DNA of 64,000 nt from an uncultured Gemmatimonadales bacterium (GCA_963850905.1 CAWKMU010000003.1:2528001-2592000), one strand, 5' to 3'; shown: positions 42,554 to 52,273, counted from the stretch's first letter. Numbers and translations are program-made. Notes: generated by a model not told the origin, from the sequence alone.

Positions 42554-42654
42554 TTCCTTAGTTCCCTTTTCTCCGGAGTGTTTCCCGGAGCAAAAACGGT
42601 CCAGAATTAAGGGAGTTAAGGAATTAAGTCACTCGGTAGTGCGGAATACCACGG

Positions 42655-43074
42655 ATGACTGACCTGCTCACGTGGGCTCAAGGCCGGACGTGGCCAGTCC
42701 CTTACGCGGACCCGCCGTGGCCCTACCGCTTCTCGCGATCGAAGCGTCGGCGCGTCGAACGGCACTTCCACACGATGAGTGTTGACGAGATTGCCGCCGA
42801 GCCAGTGGCCGACATTGCCGAGCGGAACGCAGTGCTCTTCCTCTGGGGGACGGCCCCAAAGCGACGTGAGGCGCAGGCCGTCATGGCTGCGTGGGGGTTT
42901 GAGTACGTGACCGACTGGGTGTGGGACAAGCGGCGCACTCCGCGCGACCTTGGCGCTGGCTACTGGGGCCGTGTCAATCACGAGTACGTCCTGATTGGCA
43001 GGCGCGGCAAGAGGGGCGTCACGCTGGTGTTACCCTTCTTCGGACCATTCGCTCGGACCGTGCCGAAGCGTTGA
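42655..43074 (+). pseudogene. MT-A70 family adenine methyltransferase, C-terminally truncated
   Basis: YADPPW, LFLW, AWGFEY..WVWDK, GYW.R..HEYVLIG; lacks the HSxKP/ELFAR tail. Confidence 0.75.
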
Positions 43075-43397
43075 CCCAGCTTAGGGGGCCAGCCTGCAAA
43101 CCTTTTCGGCGGCTGGGCGGTCTCAACACGAGTATCCGGCTGCGCCATCTGGCTGTCGCGGCCTGGCGTACGGGCGACACCGCTGGCTTCAAGGGGGCTG
43201 TGTCCTTCGCACTCCAAGGGTCATGGGCAGATAACGCCAGCTCTCATCCATGAAACTCGTCCGCTATGGTGCGTCCAACATGATCGTCGACACGCCCCAT
43301 TCCGGTTATTCGTACCGAACTGATTGGGCATCTGACCGTGACCGAGGTCTTCTACGAGCCACGCGTGAGGCTCAGAACACATTTCCACGAGCTCCGC

Positions 43398-44864
43398 ATG
43401 AAACGGGTTCTGCTGCGTTTGATCGTATTTGGGGGTTTAGTCGCCACTCGACCTGCATGGGCCGATCAACTCGATTTTCGGCTCCAGCCGCCGAAGCGTG
43501 CGTTGACGCAGGCGCCGGCGGAGTTATCGGGGCTTTGGCTTTGGCGAACTGAGGGCTACGGATACGTCATACAGGTGGTCGGTGACTTGCTCAAGGCGTT
43601 CGAGGTGACTGATCTGAGCTGTATCCCGAGTTTCCAGGCGCGTCAGGTCGAGCAGGACGGATCGCGCGTCGTTTTCCAGCGAGTGGACGACTCGTCGAGG
43701 CTCGTATTCGTCGGTGCCACGGGAGCGGCCGATCAAGGCCGCCTGACCTATACTAACGCCGAATCGGACATGATTTTGCATCGCGTGGACTCATTCCCCG
43801 CGGTCTGTGACCGGACCACGGCCGATAACTCTATCACCAACTTCGACGTGTTCTGGGAAACGTATCGAGAGCAGTATCCGTTTTTTCATCTCCACCACGT
43901 GGACTGGCAAGCCACGCGTGATCACTTTCGCCCTCGCGTCATCCATGCGTCGCCCCCTGAGCTCTTCGGTGTGCTCCGCGCGATGATCGAGCCGCTTCAC
44001 GATCACCACACCTACATCTACTCGACCACGGACACATTGCTCGACTATGGCGGTGAGCGCCCCGATCCCGATCCGATCGGTGACGCCGGTCGTGCGCGGG
44101 CGCTCGAGATCATACAGAATCGTTTCCTCGTCGTTCCTCTCCGTTCGTTGGCCAACGGCAAGGTGTCGTTCGGCATGCTGCGGGACTCCATCGGATATCT
44201 GCGGCTGATGGGGTTCGGGGCGTACTATCCGGACAGAAGCTACGAGCGGCAGGGAGAGGATAGGTTCGCGGCCGATCTGCGTGCGCTGGACGCCGCGCTC
44301 GACACGATCTTCGCGTCCTCCGCTGGATGGCGAGGGCTCGTCATCGACATGCGGCTCAGTCACGGTGGTGCCAGTGCACTCGGCTTGGCGATCGCCAGCC
44401 GGCTGGCGACGGCGCCTTACACGGCTTATGCCATAGTTGCGCGTCGCGATCCAAATGACCCGACGCTCATGACCGCTCCGCAGCTCGCCATGGTCGTGCC
44501 AAGCGCGCGGCCGGGATGGCATGGGCCGGTGGTCGAGCTCACAAGCCGCTACAGCGTAAGCGCCGTCGAGACATTCACGCAGGCGCTCATGGGCCGCCGT
44601 CCGGCGGTCGATCGAATCGGAGAGCACACGAATGGAGTGTTCTCTGGTGTCCCGAACCGTCACCTGCCGAACGGGTGGATCTTTGGCCTCCCCAACGAGC
44701 TCTATCTCACCGAGCGCGGTACAAGCTTCGACGTCTCCGGGATCCCACCGACGATCCCCGTTCCGACGCTCAGGACGGCGGATCTCGCCGCGGGCAGGGA
44801 TCCGGGACTCGATCGCGCGATCGCAGTGCTGTCGGCGGGACGGGTGGACTCGCCGAAGAAGTAG
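43398..44864 (+). CDS. S41 family peptidase, secreted (cargo)
   Basis: Signal peptide; NFDVFW..YPFF..VDW, IGYLRL, LVIDMR..GG, SAVETF, IGEHTNG, GIPP. Confidence 0.88.
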   Translation: MKRVLLRLIVFGGLVATRPAWADQLDFRLQPPKRALTQAPAELSGLWLWRTEGYGYVIQVVGDLLKAFEVTDLSCIPSFQARQVEQDGSRVVFQRVDDSSRLVFVGATGAADQGRLTYTNAESDMILHRVDSFPAVCDRTTADNSITNFDVFWETYREQYPFFHLHHVDWQATRDHFRPRVIHASPPELFGVLRAMIEPLHDHHTYIYSTTDTLLDYGGERPDPDPIGDAGRARALEIIQNRFLVVPLRSLANGKVSFGMLRDSIGYLRLMGFGAYYPDRSYERQGEDRFAADLRALDAALDTIFASSAGWRGLVIDMRLSHGGASALGLAIASRLATAPYTAYAIVARRDPNDPTLMTAPQLAMVVPSARPGWHGPVVELTSRYSVSAVETFTQALMGRRPAVDRIGEHTNGVFSGVPNRHLPNGWIFGLPNELYLTERGTSFDVSGIPPTIPVPTLRTADLAAGRDPGLDRAIAVLSAGRVDSPKK

Positions 44865-44919
44865 TCGGGTTACCTTGCCGCCGCCGCCCATTAAACGCAG
44901 TCCGGTCGTGCAACGGCCA

Positions 44920-45162
44920 ATGACAAGCAAGATCCCGGACCCGGAGCGTCCGGCCGTCGTCGTCCACGTCCAGGGCAGTCCGTCGTTTCTCCTCATGCGG
45001 AACGCCCAGGCGATTCAAGCACACCGCAGGGACATTGCGGCGTTCAATGCGAAGCCCGCGCGCGCTGTGGACGCCCGTCGGGAGCGCACGCGCAAGGCCG
45101 CCGAGCGCGAAGCGATCGCCGAGAAGCGTCAGCAGATGGGAACGATCGGCGTCGGGTCCTAA
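44920..45162 (+). CDS. small basic hypothetical protein
   Basis: 80 aa ORF co-oriented in the element; no motif. Confidence 0.35.
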   Translation: MTSKIPDPERPAVVVHVQGSPSFLLMRNAQAIQAHRRDIAAFNAKPARAVDARRERTRKAAEREAIAEKRQQMGTIGVGS

Positions 45163-45181
45163 ATCGGGTAATAGTGAACCG

Positions 45182-45688
45182 GTGGCTCGATACTGTACCA
45201 TTTGTCGCCATCCTCGACGTCGCGCGATCGAGCGATCGCTGTGGTGCGCGACAGAGTACGAGATCGCCGCGCGATACCGCGTTAGCCGAGCAGCTGTCCA
45301 GCGCCATGCGGCCGAGCACGTCAAGGTCCAACGCGACGAGCAGATGCAGCACGCGGTCGCCGCCGCCTGGTCCGACTTTGAGACGGTGTGGCAACGTGCG
45401 GTGGCGCATGTGGTGAAGGTCGAGCAACACGGCGAGTATCGGGACGTCATCTCGGCCCTCGCACTCATGGGCTCGCTCTGGGAGAAACGCACCCGGGCGC
45501 TCGGCATGGTGTCGGCACCGTCGGTGCATGTCGACGCGTCGCAGCGGACGGCGAACGTGACGCAGCTCATCTCGAGCGGCGCTCGGTTCGGCACCATGAT
45601 CGAACAGCTCGAGCCATCGTTTCCCGGTATCACGGCTGCCATCGTGCGACAACTCACGGCACCATCGAATGACGTGCATACCGAGTGA
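45182..45688 (+). CDS. CxxC/HTH protein, putative terminase small subunit
   Basis: CTICRHP, HTH EYEIAARYRVSRAAVQRH, helical middle; overlaps terminase ATPase. Confidence 0.6.
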   Translation: MARYCTICRHPRRRAIERSLWCATEYEIAARYRVSRAAVQRHAAEHVKVQRDEQMQHAVAAAWSDFETVWQRAVAHVVKVEQHGEYRDVISALALMGSLWEKRTRALGMVSAPSVHVDASQRTANVTQLISSGARFGTMIEQLEPSFPGITAAIVRQLTAPSNDVHTE

Positions 45689-46460
45689 CCTCGAGTGCCG
45701 CGCTGCGCTCTGGGCGCTGGATCCGGCGGCGTTCGCTCGAGCGTGTGGCTTTGAGCCGGATCCGTGGCAGCTCGAGGCGTTGCGCAGTGCACACCGCCAG
45801 CTCGCGTTCAACTGCTCGCGGCAGAGCGGAAAGACGACGACGACGGCGGTACTGGCTGCCCGGGAGGCCGTCTTGCATCCCGAATCGCTGACGCTGGTCT
45901 ACGCCCGAGCACAGCGGCAAGCCGTCGAACTCTTGCGGAAGGTGAAGGGCGCGCTGGCCGCATTAGGTGACGCCGCACCGCCGCTCATTCGCGACAACGA
46001 GCAGGACGTGGAACTAGAGACGCATGCCAGAGTGTTGGCGCTGCCATCGACGGAACACACGACGCGCGGCTTCAGTGCGCCACGGCTCGTCGTGTTCGAC
46101 GAAGCGGCGAGAGTAAGTGACGACCTGTATTACGCTGTAAGGCCTATGCTCGCGGTATCACAAGGCCGATTGGTTCTCTTGTCGAGCAGCTGGAACGCGT
46201 CCGGCTTTTTCTACGAGGTGATGACCGGCGGCGATCCCAACTGGCACCGCATTGCTGTGCCCGCGTCCAAGTGTCCGCGACTGTCGAAAGCGTGGCTGGC
46301 CGAAGAGCGTGACGCCATTGGCGAGCGCGCGTATCGCCGCGAATACCAGTTGGAGTTCGGCAGCACCGACGAAACCGTGTTCGACCGTGACGTCATCGAC
46401 CGGTTCTTTTGCTCGACGTATCCGCCGCTGCACCCGCCGCCGCTGCGTCGGATCGCATGA
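45669..46460 (+). CDS. terminase large subunit, ATPase domain only
   Basis: Q motif PDPWQ, Walker A SRQSGKTT, Walker B VVFDEAA, motif III LLSS, YRREY. Confidence 0.88.
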   Translation: MTCIPSDLECRAALWALDPAAFARACGFEPDPWQLEALRSAHRQLAFNCSRQSGKTTTTAVLAAREAVLHPESLTLVYARAQRQAVELLRKVKGALAALGDAAPPLIRDNEQDVELETHARVLALPSTEHTTRGFSAPRLVVFDEAARVSDDLYYAVRPMLAVSQGRLVLLSSSWNASGFFYEVMTGGDPNWHRIAVPASKCPRLSKAWLAEERDAIGERAYRREYQLEFGSTDETVFDRDVIDRFFCSTYPPLHPPPLRRIA

Positions 46461-47312
46461 GGCGCGCCGTCGTCGGTTTTGATCCCGGCAAGCTGCGCGA
46501 TCGCGCGGGACTCTCCGTCATGTGGATCGACGATCACGTGCTGCCGTACGCCGAGCAAGTCAACGGGTTGTTCGGCGGCAACGATCACGCCGTCAACGTG
46601 TTGCCCTTTCCCGGCGAATCCGCACAGTCCCACGCGACCCGCGTCCGGCAAGTCGAGCGCGAAGAACCCGGCGCCATCGCCACGGCGCTCGTAGAGAACC
46701 GGCGACAGCAGCCGATCCGTCGCACTGGCGATATCGTGCATATGCGAACTCTTGCCGCGCGGCATGTCGTATCCGGACATGGCGCGACGGATCGTGCGGG
46801 AGTTGGCGCTCCCCGCGTTGCAGGCGCCGAGCGGCGGCAGTATCGTCACGCTCACCACGCCGTTCTTGGTGTTCGATCAAGGCGGCGTCGGTGAAGCCCT
46901 CTCCGACATTTTCCGCGAGATGAGGATCACCCACCGCCGCGGGATCTGGAGCACCACCGGCGACAAGCCGCATTTCGAGAAAGGCACGTGGTACGTCTCG
47001 AAGTACGAACTGGTGACGACGACCCAGGTGGCCATGCAGCGAGACCCGCCGGACCTCCAATGCGTCGAGAGTATCCCGGACGTCCACGCTCTGCGCGCCG
47101 AGTTGAACAACTATCGCGTCGTCGAGAGTCCGTCGGGCCGCGACATCTTCGGCGCGCAAGAGGACAGTCGGGACGACGAGCGGCGGATCAACGACGACCT
47201 GCTGTCGTCCATTTTCGTCGCCTGGTGGTTCGGTAGTAAAAAGCTGGAACTCACCGTGCCGACGGGCGCGGACTACGCGTCGGTTGTGCGCCCAGTCGCC
47301 CGCCCCGATTGA
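46457..47312 (+). CDS. terminase nuclease (RNase H-like) domain as a separate gene; frameshift near 46750
   Basis: VGFDPGK.RD; after the shift LPRGMSYPD, VFDQGGVGE, ELNNY, DDLL; ATGA overlap with the ATPase gene. Confidence 0.72.
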
Positions 47313-47718
47313 TCCGGACTCATCCAACAGCGTGACGTACCTGAATGCGCACGGCTGCACCGCGTACTTCGACGCGAAGGGCCGGTTTAGCACCTATACC
47401 TGCGATAAGGACTCCGCTGCGACGCATCGGTTTTTGGCCGCCTTCGAGCGCGAGATAGAAACTCGTGAACGCATGGAAAAGGAGGGAGGCGTGCTTCACG
47501 CATTAAGTGAGGATCTGGAGGCATTGCAGGCCTTGGGCGGAGCGAATGCCACATCCGCTGACACTCGCGCAAATTATGACGAGACCCTCAGACTCCATGC
47601 AGCGGCGCAAGAGACCTACGACTCCCTAGATGCCGCACACGCGATCGCCGCAGAGGATGTTGAGCACGAAAATGCGGTGCGCAGGTACCATGAGGCCCAC
47701 CCGAGTTCACCCCAGTAA
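47284..47718 (+). CDS. hypothetical protein
   Basis: ~140 aa acidic helical ORF at element end; start uncertain. Confidence 0.4.
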   Translation: MCAQSPAPIDPDSSNSVTYLNAHGCTAYFDAKGRFSTYTCDKDSAATHRFLAAFEREIETRERMEKEGGVLHALSEDLEALQALGGANATSADTRANYDETLRLHAAAQETYDSLDAAHAIAAEDVEHENAVRRYHEAHPSSPQ

Positions 47719-47974
47719 CAGCAAGGTGGTCGCTCAGGGCTTGCTTCAAGCTGCTGGACGGAACAGACTTTATTTCCTTAATTCCCGAGCGCTCTGACGG
47801 CTTTTTTGGCCTCGATCCTTGGCACTACGCTTGGCACTATAGGTCGTGCATTCCGGTATCGCGCTGTGATGTGCGGTGGTGCGGCGTGAGAGTGCGGCAG
47901 GGACTGTACCTCTGGTGGTACAGTCTTGCCAAGGTTGGGGTCGCGGGTTCGAGTCCCGTTTCCCGCTCTGAGAT

Positions 47975-48009
47975 AAGCTCGTAGCCGTCACGCGGTTACG
48001 AGCTTTTTT
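47975..48009 (+). terminator. intrinsic terminator after att repeat
   Basis: AAGCTCGTAGCCG-TCACG-CGGTTACGAGC-TTTTTT. Confidence 0.8.
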
Positions 48010-48365
48010 CGTCTCCTGCGGGGGATGGGCCTCCTCTTGAGTGCAGTGCGGGTGCAGTAGAGGTCAGCAAGTCCTCTCGCTTGTTTCGTTCCGCGCCAGT
48101 GGGCAGAAACCGACCACAGAGCTCGAGCGTGAGGCGCGGAGAGGCGTGACCCGGCCGGGTCTGCGGCACGGGAATCGGTGTGCCGATGCAGGCGCGGATC
48201 GCGGCTGCGTCCCGAGCAACTCAGTGTTATAGCGCGCGCATGCGTGCTGCGCGACTGGTGTCATAGCGACTGCCTATTGTCCCGATCCAAACAAAGTATT
48301 TGGCGCGCGAACGGTGCCTGCGTACCCTTGCTTACCGACAGCCCGCGTACCGCAGGAGGACCGTG

Positions 48366-49677
48366 ATGACGAGCGCCGTCAGCGACCTGATGACCCAATC
48401 GTCGACGTCGAAGAGTGGCCTTCGGATGGCGATGATCGCGGGGGCCGGACTGACATTGTCGATCGTCGCTCTGTTGGCCCGGATGGCTGGCATACTGGCC
48501 GCCGGCCCCACCACACTGATCGTGCTGATCGGCGCGGCAATCGGCATCAAGGTCGCCTTTTCGTACGCTGCGAACGCAGCGTCGGCGCCGAGCCGCGCGC
48601 GAGTGGCGAGTATCGTTTCGACGGTGGGGTTGGCGATCTCCGGAGTGACGATACTCGCCGCGCTCCCGCATCTCACCAAGTCGGCGGGAATCGGAACTTT
48701 CGGCATCGACCTCCTCGCACAGATGTGGACGCTGACGGTTCTCGCGGTAGCCGCTGGATCAGTGCGGACGCTGGGGTGGCGCACGTTTGTCGGCGCTGGC
48801 ACCGCGGGGTTTCTCGCCGTGTCCGCGCTCGCCGTTGCCCTCGGAAGTCCGGTCGTGACCGCCTTTGCCCCGTCAGGTATCGCGGCGGCAGGTCGATCAA
48901 GCCTATTCGCCGTCGCCGCGTGGGTGCCATTCACCGAGGAGCTGTGCAAGCAAATCCCGGCGGCCTTTGTCATTATCGTTGCGCTGCGCCGTAGGGCTGT
49001 ACGACCGTCAGCGCTCGATCTCATGCTGCTGAGCGCCTGGACTGGCGCCGGATTCGCGTTGTACGAGAACGCCATCTACGGCAGGGGGTTCTTTCAACTG
49101 TTCGCGGTGCCGCCGTTCACGCTGCTATTTCCCGCTGAGTACACGGGCAGGTCGCTTGCAGCGGCGGGCTATGGGATCCGAATGACGAATTCGGGCTTGG
49201 CCCAGCTGCATGGCGGTCATTCTCGTACTCTCCGCTCTCATCGGACTCGGCATTGGCCTCAGCCTGCTCTACAGGAAACGATTCCGTCGTCCAGGTCTCT
49301 TCCTGCTCGCCGCGGCGCTGACGTCACTTCTCGAACACGCCGTGGCCGGCACGTTTGCGGTGGCCGGTATGGACCCGCCGGCGTACGCTGAACTTTTGTT
49401 GACACTGACCCTCGGTGGATATCTCTCGTCGCTCCTGCTGATCGTGGGAATCGGGTACGCGCTTTATATCGAGCGGCGCGCGATCGGCGCGGTCGCCTCT
49501 CGCCCACAGGATTGGTTGCGGCTGCTCCGGCCTGAAGCGTGGTTTCAGCTCTCCCCGGCCGAGGCCCAGCGCCGCGCCGTGCTCCTCGCGCGGGCGCAAC
49601 TCGGGGAGGTTGCCTCTTCATCGATGCAGCTGAACTCGTCTCCATCCATGGCAGCGGGTCAGGGGAGTCTCCGATGA
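48366..49677 (+). CDS. PrsW-family intramembrane metalloprotease, frameshift near 49200-49225
   Basis: Multi-TM; PFTEELCK, GAGFALYENA; later TMs with EH in a second frame. Confidence 0.75.
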
Positions 49678-50504
49678 TCGACTTCCTGTTTACGGTCCTG
49701 CATTGGTGCGCGAGCTGCGCCCCGGCAGGTAACGGCGTTTCATTGGCGGTGGGCGCCCTCGGTGGGGGGGCAGGCGCAGCCGGAGGGATGGATGGAATGA
49801 GTGGCCTGGCCGGCGGAGGCTCGGGAGACGAACCCTTGTGGCAGATCTCGGGGACACAGAACGCCGATGGGTCGACCACGACGACGACGACAGCACCCGA
49901 CGGCACCGTCACGAACACGGTGACGACGCAGACCACGTACAACGCCGACGGGAGCAGCACGACGACGGGATCCGACGGCAGTACGACGACGACGCTGCCG
50001 GACACTCCCGTAGAAGGCGACCCCACGGCGGGCACCGCCGAGGCGAGCGACCAACCCTTATGGCAGGTCTCGGGGACACAGAACGCCGATGGGTCGACCA
50101 CGACGACGACGACAGCACCCGACGGCACCGTCACGAACACGGGGACGACGCAGACGACGTACAACGCCGACGGGAGCAGCACGACGACGGGATCCGACGG
50201 CAGTACGACGACGACGCTGCCGGACACTCCCGTAGAAGGCGACCCCACGGCGGGCACCGCCGAGGCGAGCGACCAACCCTTATGGCAGGTCTCGGGGACA
50301 CAGAACGCCGATGGGTCGACCACGACGACGACGACAGCACCCGACGGCACCGTCACGAACACGGGGACGACGCAGACGACGTACAACGCCGACGGGAGCA
50401 GCACGACGACGGGATCTGACGGCAGTACGACGACGACGCTGCCGGAGACCACCGTGGAAGGCGACCCCACCGCGACCACCGGCGAGGCAATCGCCCACCG
50501 GTAA
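49674..50504 (+). CDS. Thr/Gly-rich repeat protein with three 74-aa repeats
   Basis: ATGA overlap with PrsW end; Gly-rich leader then PLWQVSGTQNADGSTTTT repeats. Confidence 0.7.
   Translation: MIDFLFTVLHWCASCAPAGNGVSLAVGALGGGAGAAGGMDGMSGLAGGGSGDEPLWQISGTQNADGSTTTTTTAPDGTVTNTVTTQTTYNADGSSTTTGSDGSTTTTLPDTPVEGDPTAGTAEASDQPLWQVSGTQNADGSTTTTTTAPDGTVTNTGTTQTTYNADGSSTTTGSDGSTTTTLPDTPVEGDPTAGTAEASDQPLWQVSGTQNADGSTTTTTTAPDGTVTNTGTTQTTYNADGSSTTTGSDGSTTTTLPETTVEGDPTATTGEAIAHR
49831..50471 (+). repeat. 222-bp tandem repeat, ~2.9 copies
   Basis: Units start at 49831, 50053, 50275; nearly identical. Confidence 0.95.
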
Positions 50505-50688
50505 CCAGTCGAAGCGGCGTAAGACCGCCGTGCTGAGGCTTCGCTCTCGATAAGCCGCTGACTCTTTGTGAGTTAGCGGCTTTTGCGTTGATGCCAAACT
50601 GCCATACCCCGGTCGCGGGACCGACACGCCTTCAACCCTGCGCGCGCATGTAACTGTCTAAGCGTTCACACCTTGAACGGAGCGTTGG

Positions 50689-51582
50689 GTGAACAGTTGC
50701 GGCCGGATACTTCGGGGCGTCGTCTTCGCCGGTCTCACGACTATGGCGATGTCAGGCGCCGAGGCGCAGGTGACCAGAGCTGACACGTTCGATTGGACCG
50801 GCCGCCTGCCTCCCGGGGCCACCCTCCGTGTCTTTGGCACCGACGGGGCGATCACGGTCTCGCGGGCCAGTGGTGACCAGGTGGTTGTCCATGGCCAACG
50901 ACAGTCCGACTACGGCCAGCATCACGACGATGGGCGCTGGACCGAGGGACCACTCGCGTTCGAGCGTTTGCAAGACGGCGACAACGTCACGCTGTGCGCC
51001 TACGAGGCGGACGAGGGATCATGCAGCGCAGACGGCGTGCACGAACACACGCACCACCACCGTTGGGACTCGAGCCCGTCCGCGGACTTCACCATCCAGG
51101 TGCCGGCGGGAATCCGGATCACGCTGGGTACCGGGGACGGCGACGTCAACGTTCGCGGCGCCGGCGCGGAGGTCTCCGCTTCGACGGGCGACGGTGACAT
51201 CACGGTCGACGAGACCAGCGGGCCGGTGCGCGCGTCGAGTGGTGATGGCAGGGTGTCGATTTCGACCACGACGGGGCCCGTCGAGGCGTCCACGGGCGAC
51301 GGTGCGATCGAAGTGCACATGTCATCCCTTTCCCATCCCCAAGACCTGCATTTCAGCACGGGGGATGGGTCGGTCACGCTCTACCTGCCAGCATCCATCT
51401 CCGCGGAGCTCGACATCAATACGGGGGACGGGCACATCGAGAGCGAGTTCCCCCTGGAAGTCCAGGGTCGACTCCACGCCCCGCACATCCACGCCGCAAT
51501 CGGCGGCGGCGGTCCGACGCGCTTGAGCATAACAACCGGGGATGGCGACGTTCGCATCAGAAAAGAAGCCGGTAGCCAGTAG
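50689..51582 (+). CDS. DUF4097 beta-strand repeat (adhesin-like) secreted protein
   Basis: Signal peptide; repeated STGDG.I/V motifs. Confidence 0.85.
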   Translation: MNSCGRILRGVVFAGLTTMAMSGAEAQVTRADTFDWTGRLPPGATLRVFGTDGAITVSRASGDQVVVHGQRQSDYGQHHDDGRWTEGPLAFERLQDGDNVTLCAYEADEGSCSADGVHEHTHHHRWDSSPSADFTIQVPAGIRITLGTGDGDVNVRGAGAEVSASTGDGDITVDETSGPVRASSGDGRVSISTTTGPVEASTGDGAIEVHMSSLSHPQDLHFSTGDGSVTLYLPASISAELDINTGDGHIESEFPLEVQGRLHAPHIHAAIGGGGPTRLSITTGDGDVRIRKEAGSQ

Positions 51583-51805
51583 TCGGTCGCACCATGCGTT
51601 GGGTGACGCGAGACAACGCCTCGAGTCTGCCAAGGCCCTTCACGAAATGCCTCCCTTGGCAGTCCAGTCGGAGTCCGTCGCCGCGCATAGCCGTCGCCTA
51701 TCGGCATTGTTGAAACAAAGTATTGGAGGCGCAGGTCGCGGGGGCCTAACATGCGAGTGCGTACACGGTCACGCACATCGTCTGGCTCGCGGATTGGAGG
51801 TCGCT

Positions 51806-52273
51806 ATGGCACCGCACGTCGTTGGCACGCGTCGCCGTCTCGCTGCGGCGCTCCTCGTCGCTCTCGCACCCGTCGCGCTTTCCGCTCAACAGTCAGCGGC
51901 CAAGGGTGACTCGGGGGCGAAGAACAGTGGAACGTCCGCTCCGTCGGCCCAGGTTGGCGGGAGCGCAGCAGGCAACTCGTTGGTGCTGCCGACCTCAGGG
52001 AGCGCACCCCAGGAGGCGGTGCACAACACGACCACTCTGACCAATACCCAGATCGTCCACCCCTGGACCGGATCGAGCGGCACGGGAACGAGCGGAAGCT
52101 CGGGCTCCATCTGGCGATCCTGGACGGACACGTCATCGCACCTGCCCAATCTGAATGGCAAAGGCAACGACGTCGCGATCGAGCACATCCATCTCTCCCC
52201 GGGAAACATCGTGACCGGGTCCCCCCCGGGATCGAACAAGGACTCGACGTCGAAGAAGACGTCTCATCCGTAG
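51806..52273 (+). CDS. secreted Ser/Gly/Thr-rich hypothetical protein
   Basis: GGAGG RBS; signal peptide ..LAPVALSA-QQ. Confidence 0.6.
   Translation: MAPHVVGTRRRLAAALLVALAPVALSAQQSAAKGDSGAKNSGTSAPSAQVGGSAAGNSLVLPTSGSAPQEAVHNTTTLTNTQIVHPWTGSSGTGTSGSSGSIWRSWTDTSSHLPNLNGKGNDVAIEHIHLSPGNIVTGSPPGSNKDSTSKKTSHP

Larger units (their letters stand above)
39446..47978. mobile_element. tRNA-integrated phage-satellite-like or defective prophage element (~8.5 kb)
   Basis: 39446-39488 is identical to 47925-47967 (extends to 54 bp with one mismatch); replication and packaging genes lie between. Confidence 0.88.

Noticed and set aside
43075..43397. Integrase or regulator remnant inside the element
   Set aside because: No recognisable recombinase or HTH motifs in the frames I translated.
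47925..47967. Second tRNA-Gly gene
   Set aside because: Only the 3' half is present; the acceptor 5' strand and D-arm are missing, so it is an att duplication.
49831..50471. CRISPR array
   Set aside because: Units are 222-bp in-frame coding repeats with no unique spacers, and there are no cas genes.
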